From positions 1,178,001 to 1,242,000 of the forward strand of contig OX597836.1 in NCBI GenBank assembly GCA_951406725.2: a stretch of 64,000 bases of DNA. The letters run 5' to 3'. The position numbers and the translations under genes were made by a program. Below, in pieces: positions 39,845 to 51,860 of the stretch. Position 1 is the stretch's first letter. The number at the start of each line of letters is the position of its first letter. The notes beneath the pieces were generated by a model. That model saw nothing but the letters and a program-made list of their open reading frames with translations. It searched no databases and had not been told where the DNA came from. Origin of the DNA: Octopus vulgaris (lineage: Eukaryota).

Positions 39845-39850
<6 letters not shown>
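39652..39850 (+). mobile_element. PLE terminal repeat (pLTR-like), inverted relative to 35586-35760
   Basis: Shares CGGGATCTTTC, TATGTTTCCGACGAAG.GC.CCGCTCGAAACGT, CTGAGCG.C.A.TAATA and GTTTGGATTAA with the reverse complement of 35586-35760; embedded in (TA)n. Confidence 0.8.
39693..39727 (+). ncRNA. 35-nt minimal hammerhead motif, U4C core
   Basis: GTTT-CCGACGA-A-GGGC-GCC-GCTC-GAAA-CG-TT-AAAC; stem I perfect, stem II with one G-U pair. Confidence 0.7.
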
Positions 39851-39896
<46 letters not shown>

Positions 39897-40527
39897 CATA
39901 CATACATACATACAGACAGACAGACAGACACGTGATTATGCGTGCTGATGTGTGAATGTGTGCATGCGTATGATCCGCATTCATATACTTAAACATATAT
40001 TATACGTGCATACATCGACATATATATCCCTATATACAATCGCACAGACACGCACATCCGATCCGGATTTCAATTAATTAATTAGCCCTGGTTTAAGCAA
40101 TGAATTGGAAGATACGTTAATGCCTCGGAAAAGTCGACTCTTTCTTTATCTGCTGTCACTTTCTGGCATGATCAAATTCTGTCTTTCATCCTTTGGATGT
40201 CAAATAGAGTACCACCTAAATACTAGGGACGCTTCTTTCCCCATCCCTCTTCTCGATTCCTCTCCCCCTTTTTTTCTATAGGTCACGTTGATGAGAATAA
40301 CAAAGAGGTGTTCACTTCAGTTTCCTTAATCCTTTCGCTCCGTCTATTTAACCTCACCAAGAACAAATATCTGCTTCAGATCTTTTCGAGAGGAAATATA
40401 GGATGAGTGACATTCCAGAAATGATTATACATACGAAGTTTAAATTTAGAAACAGTCTATCTAGGACTACACCATTGCAAGTGTTCTCTGTGTTTCTTTT
40501 ATTTTCATTATAAGGGTGTAAATATGG

Positions 40528-40740
40528 AGGCGAGCTGGCAGAAACGTTAGCACGCCGGGCGAAACAGCGGTATTTCGTCTGCCGTTACGTTCTGAGTTCA
40601 AATACCGTCAAGGTCGACTTTGCCTTTTATCCTTTCGGGATCGATAAATTAAGTACAAGTTGCGTACTTGAGACGGTCTAATTGACTGGCCCCTTCCCCC
40701 AAAATTTCGGGCCTTGTGCCTTGAGTAGAAAAAAAAAAGG
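40528..40740 (+). mobile_element. SINE family 1, near full length
   Basis: GGCGAGCTGGCAGAAACGTTAGCACGCCGGGCGAAA...GAGTTCAAATACC...CCCCAAAATTTCGGGCCTTGTGCC + A-rich tail. Confidence 0.9.
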
Positions 40741-41230
40741 AGGGTGTAATTTCGGAGATTTGACTAAATTAAGCAGTCATATTGCTCCACGCTTTCTTTC
40801 TGACGTTTCCTCCAAGACATGCAAAACACGTGATGCAAAAACTCTTGTATTTCATCCAATATGGAGTGCTTTCGTTTTCGCAGTTTAATAGACATGACTA
40901 ATAGATTTTCACCTGTAGTTTTACTCTGCATGTTTATGCTATGAATCACACGACGACGGCGTTTAAATGGCAACTTAGTTGCTAAGCCAACCAGTAAATA
41001 TGGCTACTTTAACCGTCCTTTGCCTGTTTATATACGCCCACGTGACGCGTGGCGCTGGCGGCACGCTAGATTAATTGCGATTCTTCTGTGGCAGATACAA
41101 GATTACGAAATGTCGAGTTGGTGATGCACAAATAATTTGTCAAACTATGTATGTCTGTGTGTATATATGAGTATATGCATGATATAAGCATGAATGCCTA
41201 CGTACACACACACACACGATGTATGTAGAC

Positions 41231-41285
<55 letters not shown>

Positions 41286-42019
41286 GGTGTGCATACGAGG
41301 GTATGTATAGGCATGTATTTTTTATGCCTATAAATGTATATGTGCATAGATGTATAAGCGAACGCATATAAACATGTATGTATGTATGTATGAAACACTT
41401 GTATTCATATATATGTATGTGTCCGTGTATGGGCATATGCGCGTATATATGGAACACGTGTATACATGTGTGTACGCAGTTGATATGTGAGTGTTTATGT
41501 TGGTTCAAGTATAACCGAATGATCGATTTCATTTCCAAATATGAGATCTGTGTTCAATCTCACTGCCAGACATCTCATATATATATATATATATATATAT
41601 TAGACTAACATTAGACTCCTCACTCGTATCACCATCGAACCTAGAGTTTAACTACGGTCTGTCCAAAGCACTTACCTAGCGTTACCTGCCACTCTAGGTC
41701 TTCTACATACCAATACCTCTCATACCCTCGCAATATATATATATTATTGTAGTCTAAGAATACAGCAAGTCTTGTAAGGGAAATTAGATAGACGGAAACT
41801 GTGCGGAAGCCTGTAGATTAGTTTAAACGATATGGCATAATGATCCTGGTTGATGGTAACTGTATAGTTACAAATACTAGTGGAATATTCATTTGAAAAG
41901 AAAGTTGTTCAACTGGTCAGGCGATGATAACAATAGTTATTGAAACTGATTGAGGATCCATTAGCTATGCTTTAATCGAAACGAAATACGCGTATTATGT
42001 GTATTTCATTTTGATTGTG

Positions 42020-42216
42020 TAAAGGAGCACGCCCTGATGTGGTTGTGATAAAGAGAATGGAAGTAGAATGTCCGGTAGAGCTGTTGCAAAATGTCTGCCT
42101 CCTTAGCACTGCCAGAATTATCGGAAAGGAATGAGACAGCTGAACAAATGATGTGGAGGTAGCAAGCTTGCTACCAATGCAAGAATCCAGAATTTACAAA
42201 AAAAACACGAGTTAGA
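42020..42216 (+). mobile_element. 3' tip of another R4/Dong-like LINE ending in (TAA)n
   Basis: VELLQNVCLLSTARII resembles the RLE C-terminal QK..LLGTARI; followed directly by (TAA)n. Confidence 0.55.
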
Positions 42217-42240
42217 ATAATAATAATAATAATAATAATG

Positions 42241-42292
<52 letters not shown>

Positions 42293-42293
<1 letters not shown>

Positions 42294-43083
42294 GCCTATT
42301 AACTCGGAACTACCAGGCCAATGTGATGAAAAATGGAGCAGACCCAAAATGCTGATTCTGCAACGACATGATTGAAACAGTGGACCACCTAATCTCTGGA
42401 TTTAAAGTCTTAGCACCAGTGGAGTATAAATTAAGACATGACAGAGTTGGCCAATATCTCCACTGGCTAATAAGTCGGCATTACAATATCAAAACTGCCG
42501 ACAAGTGGTATAATCACCACCCTGAGGCTGTAACTGAAGGAGAAAATGTAACCATTCTGTGGGACTTTCCAGTACATACAGACCGAACCATCAAGGCCAA
42601 TAAACCAGATATTGTTGTGAAAGACCAAAACAATAAAGTTTGCTTATTGATCGACATGAGCATCCCCTGTGATCATAATATCTCAGCGAAAGAGTTTGAC
42701 AAGCTCAGAAAATATAAAGACCTACTCATTGAAATTGAGAAAATGTGGCATCTCAAGGCGGTTACAATACCAGTGATCGTAGGAGCACTAGGAATGATCA
42801 AAAAGGGAACCGAAAATTATATGAGAACGATCCCTGGCTTACCATCCCTGCAAGAAGTGCAAAAGATTGTCTTAACTGGTACATCACACGTATTGTTGAG
42901 AAGAGCATTGTCGATGTGAGAACTGTTGCTGCTCATGTATTTTAATTTAACTTTAAAAAAAATGAACGAACTACTGAGTTTGGTTTAATGGCCTACCAAT
43001 ATACACTATGAGTTTCTTTGCCCTAGGAGTCGGGAAGACACTCGGCAAGAAATGATAGCAAATTTGAAAGAAGAAGAAAAAAA

Positions 43084-43084
<1 letters not shown>
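42293..43084 (+). mobile_element. R4/Dong-like LINE 3' fragment inserted in (TAA)n
   Basis: KC*FCNDMIETVDHLISG (decayed CCHC), RHDRVGQYLHW, WDFPVHTDRTIKANKPDIVVKD, LIDMSIP, KYKDL, IPVIVGALG, QKIVLTGT; (TAA)n on both sides. Confidence 0.93.
42368..42919 (+). pseudogene. Restriction-like endonuclease domain of an R4/Dong LINE (open 183 aa, 5'-truncated)
   Basis: Provided ORF with RHD, PD..D and KY motifs; in-frame stop just upstream. Confidence 0.85.
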
Positions 43085-43119
<35 letters not shown>

Positions 43120-43760
43120 GGAAAACAGCCTGGGGTGGTATGTAAAAAATGCCGCAGAGCCACTGTTGAAACCCATAAAGAAGGCCGGCGTCATCATAAC
43201 TGAAAATTGTGTAACTAAAGAAAAATTTAAACAAGAAATGAACAAACAAAAAGAAGAAAAGCATGGAAGGGAAAAATATACGGTAGTTTGCAAGAGATGT
43301 GACGATTTAAAGTGGGAAATACGAAGTTTGTGGTCAATGAAAAGAGCAGACATGATACAAATGGTAATTGATGCACTTAGAAGTATCAGCACTCAACTAC
43401 CAAAATGGCTGAAAAAGATCGGTGCAAGAATGATTGCTTGGAACTGCAAGAATTCGTTGCAGGGTTCTTGAAGCATGACTACGAATCACTGACAAAACAA
43501 TCCAGACTAATCGACCAGACATAGTCATTAAGGACAGGGAAGAAAATAATTGTAGACTAATAGATTTAAGTGTTCCCACTGATAAAAATATATTTGTAAA
43601 GGAATTCGCCCAATTAAGCAAATATAACCACCTGGAAATTGAAATACAAAAGATGTGGCATCTGTAAAGAGAACTATTCCTGTTATTGTGGGTACAGAAA
43701 CATTTAGATAAGATCTCAGGAGAAACATGTCTCAGAGAAATCCAAAAGATTGTGCTGACA
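43120..43760 (+). mobile_element. Additional decayed R4/Dong-like fragments
   Basis: EIRSLWSMK...VIDALRSI; TDKTIQTNRPDIVIKD..CRLIDLSVPTDKNI..KE..LSKY..LEIEIQKMWHL..IPVIVG. Confidence 0.8.
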
Positions 43761-45354
43761 AGTACTGGAGTCGATCTAATCGATTGGCCTCCTCCCCCAA
43801 AATTTCGGGCCTTGTGCCTAGAGTAGGAAAGAATATATTTAAAATTGTAGAAAATTTTGCCTAAAATTATGTTACTGCCATACATTGGCCAATGTATACG
43901 ATGATATATAATAAGGCGAGACGGTGTATACTATGATATATAATAAGGCGAGACGGTGGTTAGGTAAAATGCGGTCAGTCGGAGTTCAGCGTAAACCTCT
44001 TTTTCTATATCAATGACAGCATAAACGCGTTGATGTGAAGTAAGTCGACAAATTACTCCTTAATTTCTTAAAATGATCTCCCTTATTTTTTTCTTGAATA
44101 GTCACTAATAAAGACTACTAAGTTTTTGATTTCTTTCTCCAATTAAGAGGGGAAATTTCAATTAATTTAGGCTTTTGTTGCGTTCATAATTTCGTATAAC
44201 ACTCTTGAAGTGAATTACCAAACTTCCTGCCAATATCCACTCTGAGTTTTCTTTTCTTATCATTATCTAATTTTATCTTTAATTGTGTTCCTGTCGTGTA
44301 AGCTCAGATCATTCTCAACTACGAAGAATTGTAATACAATCCAGGGACATCATTTTTCGAGAGATACCTTTATAACGCTATTGTATGGGTGAAAGGTGAT
44401 TCAGCTCTTATTTCTAGCAGACCGAGATATTTTTACAAGAAGCCACTTTCATTGACTTGCAAACAGAAGAGTTGATACCGCGCTGCACATAGTATGCATA
44501 CTCTCCTGGTGGCTGTGTGTGTGAGTCATGCCTTTATCATGCAAGTAATTGCATCGCAAACGGTGCAGCTAACGACATGACTGGTAGACATTTCGGAAAT
44601 GAAGGCAGAGCAGCCTCGTTTCTCACTGATTTATTGTCGTATTTTTCTTGTTCATTTTTTTCTTCTTCTTCTTATTATTATTACTACACAATTAGTCTGA
44701 AGCTGGTCGTGTTCAGCAGCGTCGTCAGATTGTCGAACAAAATTACTTTCGTTATTCAGTTTCAGCTCTTTACGTTTCCACTTCAAAATCCTGCACAGAA
44801 TCAATTTCGCTTTGTACCAATTTGTAATCGATGAAATAAAGTTCCAGGGAAGGCGTCCACTTCATCCACACACTTTTCTAGCCTTATGATCACGTGTCCC
44901 TCTAAGAAAAGCAATACAAGAATGGGGGCGCGGGGAGTGGGGGCAGACAAATCGTTAGAGCGTTAGTTAACGTGGTTTGCCGTATTTCTTCCGACCCCTT
45001 ACATTCGAAGCTCAAATCTCGTGGTATTCATCTGTGCATTTTGTAATTTCGTGGTCGTTAAAATAAAATACCGAATGAGTCCTGAGATTAATATCATCAG
45101 CTTTCCTCCAAATATCAGGACCTTTTGTCTAGGTTAGAAATAATTATCTCTAATAAGGGCGATTGATTGGCAGATTAATTAATGCATTGGAAAAAGTGTT
45201 TCGCAAGGTAGTTAAATCTTCTTTAGTTCCCGTGTTCAAATCCTGTCAAGGGCTATGTTGCCTGTCATCTCTCCGGCTTTCATAAAACATCATCGTCAAA
45301 CAGTTTCACCAAATTTTGTGGTCTTCAATCACTTAGGAATCACAGAAATGAATC

Positions 45355-46000
45355 TTATCTTTTTACTGCGGCCATGCTGGGACACCACCTCGTAGAATTT
45401 TAATCGAACAAATCAACCCTAGCACTTTTGCCGAACTGCTAAGTTACGGGACGAAAACTGAAAGAAGCCCATCCTATATATAGCTGGCACTCCGTCGGTT
45501 ACGACAATGAGGGCGCCACTTGAGCCCGCACAAGAAATTAACATGCAAGTGGCTGGGTACTCCACAGACACGCGAACCCTTAACGTAGTTCTCAGGGAGA
45601 TTCAACGTGGCACAAGATGTGAATTACAGGCACTACTCACTTTTGCCAGTTGAGTGGAGCAACGTGAAACAAAGTGTCTTGTTCAAGCACACACAACGCG
45701 ACGGCAATCAAACTCACTGGCAGAATGGTTAGCACGCCGGGCGGAATGCTTTGCGGTATTTCGTCTGCCGCTACGTTCTGAGTTCAAATTCCGCCGAGGT
45801 CGACTTTGCCTTTCATCCTTTCGGGGTCGATTAAGTAAGTACCAGTTACGCACTGGGGTCGATATAATCGACTCAATCCGTTTGGCTATCCTTGTTTGTC
45901 CTCTCTGTGTTTAGCCCCCTGGTGGGGAGAAAAGAAATAGGCAATCGAACTCACGACCTTATGAACGCGGGGCGAATCCCTTAACCACTAAAAGACGGTT
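45355..46000 (-). mobile_element. Nested SINE complex (family-2-related pieces and a minus-strand tRNA-like head interrupted by a family-1 copy)
   Basis: GCGGCCATGCTGG, GAAAACTGAAAGAAGCCC and AATCGAACTCACGACC...TTAACCACTA head. Confidence 0.65.
45718..45939 (+). mobile_element. SINE family 1 with 15-bp TSD
   Basis: Flanked by GGCAATCAAACTCAC (45703-45717) and GGCAATCGAACTCAC (45940-45954). Confidence 0.9.
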
Positions 46001-46012
46001 ATGTGTGTGTGC

Positions 46013-46065
<53 letters not shown>

Positions 46066-46202
46066 CTGTATATAAAAGTATGTGTGTCGTTGTGTCATTT
46101 TCCCTCCACTACCACTTGAAAACCGGTGATGGTACGTTTATGTTCCCGGAATCTAGCAGTTCAGCCAAACTACCGATGAAATAAGTACCAAATTCAAAAA
46201 AC

Positions 46203-46408
46203 ATTTATGTACATTATTTACATTTGACGGATATTTGTCCTCATCTTCTTTGTTGCCAACACAACGTTTCGGCTGATATACCCTCCAGCATTCATCAGGT
46301 GTCTTGGAGAAATTTCGAACCTGAGTTCTCTGTCCTAAGATATTTTTCGATATTATTATTATTATTATTATTATCATTATTATGTTATTATTATTATTAT
46401 CATTGTTA

Positions 46409-46470
<62 letters not shown>

Positions 46471-46527
46471 TAGACTACCTGGAATGTAAATAATGTATAT
46501 AATTCCTCATGCCTTAAATATAGAATG
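46203..46527 (-). mobile_element. Second copy of the hammerhead-bearing short element, with an inverted terminal segment after (ATT)n
   Basis: 46203-46350 matches ~685-830; 46482-46527 closely matches the reverse complement of ~661-703. Confidence 0.75.
46258..46303 (-). ncRNA. Minimal type-I hammerhead ribozyme motif
   Basis: GACAC-CTGATGA-A-TGCTG-GAGGGTATAT-CAGCC-GAAA-CG-TT-GTGTT; palindromic AACGTT stem III. Confidence 0.75.
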
Positions 46528-47080
46528 CTGTGATCGATTCTTCAAAGTGATACTCCAGCATGGCCGCAGTCAAAGGTTTGAAATAAGTAAAAGACAAGAT
46601 ATATATATATGTTCCCACACAAATATCTACACCTGACAAACTCTAAACCCCATTTTCTTGCACCGACGGCAACGGAGGAAGAATAAAGATATAAAAGAAA
46701 TTAGGGAAAGAAAGAATGAGGCGAGGAAGAACGACGGTGACACGTGATGGGTGAACAATGAATGAAAACCGTTGCAACACAACAACTCGGCCAGGGTTGC
46801 TCTTTCTTTAATCCAATTCAATATTATCAACATGACTGGTTTTGGGGATTCTTTGAGGGATTTGCCTCAATGGCCCTCTGGCCGTCCATTTTAGAGATAC
46901 ACACACACAGAAAGGACCAGGCAACCCTCTGTCTGCCTGTTTCTCTCTCTCTCAGTTTCTCTGCATGTCTATCTGTCTGTCTGTCTGTCTGGATGTTGTC
47001 TGTCATACACATACATACATGCATACACACATACAGGCACACGTGTATATAGTTAGCTAACTTGATAAATATAAATTGAC

Positions 47081-47140
<60 letters not shown>

Positions 47141-47142
47141 TA

Positions 47143-47222
47143 GCGTAGCTTCTGCTAATACTTTACATTTTCCACGTCCTCACGTTGTTTTTTGTTTGTT
47201 CTTCGTTTCTTGGGATTTACTA
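47143..47222 (+). mobile_element. Extreme 3' tip of the Neptune-like terminal repeat family within (TA)n
   Basis: TAATACTTTACATTTTCCACGTCCTCACGTTGTT...GGATTTAC resembles 39760-39847. Confidence 0.65.
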
Positions 47223-47245
47223 TTATATATATATATATGTATATG

Positions 47246-47313
<68 letters not shown>

Positions 47314-47427
47314 CTAAGAGGGAGGGAGTGCGTGTGTATGCGTCTGTTGGCGCTAAAGAAAGTAAGAATCTTCTTAACCCCCCGGCTATACATACACTAC
47401 GTATTCATATACTTTTCTCACAGAGAC

Positions 47428-47492
<65 letters not shown>

Positions 47493-48651
47493 AGAGATGA
47501 TTAAAAACTATCTTCCTTTCCTCTATGAATCAGATAATTAATCTACATTACACCGAGCACCAAAATAAACCCACAAAGCACGCAAGGTGAGTGTTAAGGA
47601 AAGGCGAGGCACAATCTTCCTGCTACTTTCATTTCCTCGGGAGGTTAAAAAAGAAGAAAAGCAAAAGGCAAAGGAAAGATAAAGGTTGTTAATTTGAAAC
47701 CCACGAGTTCAATTAAATGAAACTCACCTGATATGGTTGCAGGTGAGATAAGGTGACTACGTGTAAAGTTTTAAATATTTTAATACCACGTACATCACTA
47801 CAGCTTTTAAAAACAAGATAATACCTAAGCTTTCATTAAGCCTAATATGCGACAATGGTTGATCTTGTTGAAGTGATTTAGCTCCAGGTAAGGTCGCACT
47901 TAGCAGGTGTTTATCAATCAAAAGTATTCCAGCTGTGACAACAACGCCTCTCTCAGTTTCCCCCAACCTCCCCTCTCTCCATATATATATATATATATAT
48001 AAAAACATGCATACATAAGTATATGTGTATATATATATATATGCATATATTGATATATATACATACGTACAAACACAAATATGTACATATATGTATATAT
48101 ATTATATCATATTTATATATCTATGTATACATACATGTGTGTGTGTGTATGTGTATTTGGGAGTGGCTGTTACTGGTTTCAATCCTCGCTGTAGGCAAAT
48201 CTTAAGTAGACTTCGCGCCAATATGTATTGACATTGGAAAACTGAAGTCCTTCAGAAAAATCACCACAATTGCTTAAAAGTACAGCTAACACAAATAGAA
48301 ATCGCTTTGAAAACAAACCGTTTTGGTAAGGTAGTTGTAGAAAAGTGTAAGACGTGTGACAGGTGACTAGGATGGTCATATCTGGAAAGTCTTTGGTCCC
48401 AGTTCTAGTGAATGATATGTGATCTCATTCGGTTCTTGCTTCTTGAAAATGTATCATTTCGAAAGCTGAAGGAATTGTTGGGTTGGCAACTAAGTTCCCG
48501 CCGTTTTTCTTACATTTTGGAATTCATGGCGTTTTAAAATTTTGGAATCTATTTTTTTTTCGAGAATTCTATTTTTGAATCATTTTGGAATTTTTTCTTT
48601 TTCTTTTCTCGTTAATTTTAGTTAATTTTTGTTTATTTTCAGATCATTAAA

Positions 48652-49921
48652 ATGACATTCCAACTTAAGAAAAACGAGCATTTTCGACACCTCTTTTCTG
48701 CATTAATCAAGGTTCTAAGGCCCCAAAAGCTGCTCGCGATATTTGTGCTGTGTATGAAGAGGGTGCCATAGCTGAAAGAACCGCCCGTGATTGGCAAGCC
48801 AAGTTCAAAAATGGAAATTTTGACCTCAAAGACGCTCCTCGTTCTGGCTGTCCAGTTGAGTTCGATGAAGAGCGATTAAACCAACTTTTGCACGAAAATT
48901 CTCGTTAAACGACAAAGGAACTGGTAGAGAAAATGGAATGCTCTCACACTGCTATAGAAAAGCATCTTCACTGGATGGGAAATATTAAGAAGTATGGAGC
49001 ATGGATTCCGTATGCTTTAAGTGACAACAACAAAAATCAACGAGCCACAATTTCCTCTGGTTTGCTTGCTCGTCAGCGCTCAACTCATGGACACAAATAA
49101 TTTTTTTACAGAATCGTTACTGACAACGAAAAATGGTGCCTGTATATCAATATGAAGCAGTGTAAGGAATGGCTTAGCCCCGGTAAACAAGCGACAACGC
49201 GCGTGAAATAAAATCTTCATCCGCGTAAAGCGATGTTGTGCGTATGGTGGGATAGTGAAGGGATTATCCATTACGAATTGCTTGAAGGGAACCAAACAGT
49301 CAATGCGGAACTCAATGTTCAACAGATGGAACGACTCAACACGGCTATTCAAGAGAAAAACCTAATCGGCAGCATTGAGTTCTTCTGCTGCACGAAAACG
49401 CCCGCCCTCATATCGCCAATATGACCAAGGAAGCCATTCAAACGCATGGCTGGGAAGTGCTGCCACACCCGTTGTGCTCTCCTAATTTGGCACCAACAGA
49501 TTTCCACCTCTTTCGATCTCTTTCAATGCTATGCACAGAGTTTCGTTCAATACTGACGCATAATTGAGAGCTTGGTTAGATCAATTTTTCGAGTCGAAAT
49601 CGGGTGATTTCTACCAACGTGGTAGGCGAGCTGGCAGAAACGTTAGCACACCGGGCGAAACGCTTATCGGTATTTCGTCTGTCGCTACGTTCTGAGTTCA
49701 AATTCCGCCGAGGTCGACTTTGCCTTTCATCCTTTCGGGGTCGATAAATTAAGTACCAGTTACGCACTGGGGTCGATATAATCGACTTAATCCGTTTGTC
49801 TGTCCTTGTTTGTCCCCTCTGTGTTTAGCCCCTTGTGGGTAGTAAAGAAATAGGTATTGAAAATCTTGTTGAAAGTTGTGAAAAAGTTGTAAACAACAAA
49901 AGTGAATACATTATTGATTAA
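48652..49921 (+). pseudogene. Mariner transposase pseudogene
   Basis: MTFQLKKNEHFRHL; KFKNGNFDLKDAPRSG; WIPYAL; RIVTDNEKWCLY; MLCVWWD; HENARPH; HPLCSPNLAPTDFHLFRS; FYQRG/IENLV; stops and frameshifts. Confidence 0.92.
49625..49852 (+). mobile_element. Well-preserved SINE family-1 copy inserted in the mariner ORF
   Basis: Consensus-like sequence; GGTA on both sides (49621-49624, 49853-49856); removing it restores RG-IENL. Confidence 0.92.
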
Positions 49922-50181
49922 TTAGCTGTTATTTTTTTTAAACCTTCTAAAAAATTAAATAAAAAGCGGCAGGAACTTAGTTGCCAACCCAATATTTACA
50001 CATACACACGGACCTTTTGTTTGACAGCCCATTTTCAATCTCTTCAGTTTCTGTTCGACGTGATTTCATATTCGGTGTAATGATGTAGTTTTATATGCTA
50101 ATTAATGCCATGAAATTCATTTTCGCCATAAATCAATAAAGACTTATTAGTCTTTGAAGCTTGCAAATTTTAGATAATTTT

Positions 50182-50232
50182 AGCCAATCGTAAGCCGCAA
50201 ACACATTCATGCTTGTTTCCATGGTAACAAGC
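50182..50232. promoter_or_regulatory. Candidate CCAAT box + RFX X-box
   Basis: AGCCAATCG at 50182-50190; GTTTCCATGGTAAC at 50215-50228. Confidence 0.35.
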
Positions 50233-50669
50233 TAAACATGAGAGCTCTTTTGTTTGTGAGATAGCACGTGTTGATAAATATATTCTATGCGAAAGCATGT
50301 GCCTCGCCACTGTGTTCTGCTCATTGTGCCCACCTGCTGCTTGCGCCTTGGTTGAGAGATGTGCTAAAAATAACAGCCAAATAGTCCTTAAATCACGCAC
50401 CTCCAATTTTTCTTTTTTCTTTCTTTGGTTTTTGCATATTCGTTTGAATTCCCGAGCGTAGAATTCAAATTCGCAAAATTTTGTGAAAATTCTAAAGAAT
50501 AAAAAAATAGTTGTGATGGGTTTTATGTCGTGTGTGAAGCAGAAGTTGATTTATTTACAGTTTCATGTCATAACACGTCACACAAAACGACAGCTTCCAA
50601 ATACATTTATCCCTTAGACGGTTGTATATATATGTGTGTGTGAGTGTTTGTGTACATGTATCTGTATTT

Positions 50670-50845
50670 GTTGCCACACCGTGACTTGACAACAGATGTT
50701 GGTATGCTTAAGTTCACTGTAATTTAGCGGTTCGGCTAAAGAGACCAGCAGAACCAGCACTAGGGCTTACAAAAAAAAAAAGAAAGGTTTGGGGTCGATT
50801 TGTTCGATTAAAGGCGGTGCTCCACCATGTCCGCAGTCAAATGAC
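50670..50845 (+). mobile_element. SINE family 2 3' part
   Basis: TTAGCGGTTCGGC..AAGAGACC..GGCGGTGCTCCACCATGTCCGCAGTCAAATGACTGAAACAAGTAAA. Confidence 0.8.
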
Positions 50846-50866
50846 TGAAACAAGTAAATAAAGAAT

Positions 50867-50919
<53 letters not shown>

Positions 50920-51319
50920 TTGTATATGTGGGCACGTGTGTGTGTAGTGTCAACATTTATTTCGGTAGTTCGAAATAGCTTCAATCAAGTAAGATTATCC
51001 TAATCACGAGGAAAAAAACTCTCTCCGTAGAAGATGTTTAAAATAGAAAATAAAACCAACAACAATTAACTTAGATTACAGCAACGATATCAGTTAATCG
51101 AAATATTTTGAAAAATAAGATAATAATGGATGGTGGGAGGGGGTAGGAGGAGACAGACGAACGGCTGATATTGTTTGAATTATCTGCCTTGCTTCCTGCA
51201 CTTTTGTCGATTTCCAACGTTTTTCAGTGAGATTTTCTCTTCTGGTTGCACAGGCAATCTTTGGTAATTGCAGTTTTTCAATTCACCAGGTTAACTATGC
51301 AACACTCAACTGCTCTACA

Positions 51320-51505
51320 CACATGCATACATACACGAATATTTCTATATGTATGTATGTATCTACATATATACATACATATATTATATATACTTAAATA
51401 TTCATACATATATAAATATATATATATATGTATGTATATATACACATATATACATTTGTATATATACACACACATATATATACACACATATATATATATA
51501 TATGC

Positions 51506-51547
<42 letters not shown>

Positions 51548-51579
51548 GTATATATGTATATATACACATATATATATAC

Positions 51580-51623
<44 letters not shown>

Positions 51624-51695
51624 GTATATATACACACATATATATACATATATATATACACATATATATATACACGCACACACACATATATATAC

Positions 51696-51727
<32 letters not shown>

Positions 51728-51771
51728 GCAAACACACACACACATATATATATATACACACACACACGCAA

Positions 51772-51839
<68 letters not shown>

Positions 51840-51860
51840 CTGTATATGTATATACACGCC
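51320..51860. repeat. Long compound (TA/CA/TG) microsatellite
   Basis: Direct inspection. Confidence 0.95.

Larger units (their letters stand above)
48478..49992 (+). mobile_element. Full-length mariner (mellifera-subfamily-like), inactive, interrupted by a SINE
   Basis: TIRs TTGGGTTGGCAACTAAGTTCCCGCCG / CGGCAGGAACTTAGTTGCCAACCCAA, flanked by TG and TA (probable TA TSD with one side mutated). Confidence 0.95.

Noticed and set aside
40528-40610. SINE heads as tRNA genes
   Set aside because: A/B-box-like motifs only; no cloverleaf, and always fused to a repeat body.
43900-43958. ~31-bp tandem duplication ATGATATATAATAAGGCGAGACGGT
   Set aside because: Simple two-copy local duplication with no further structure.
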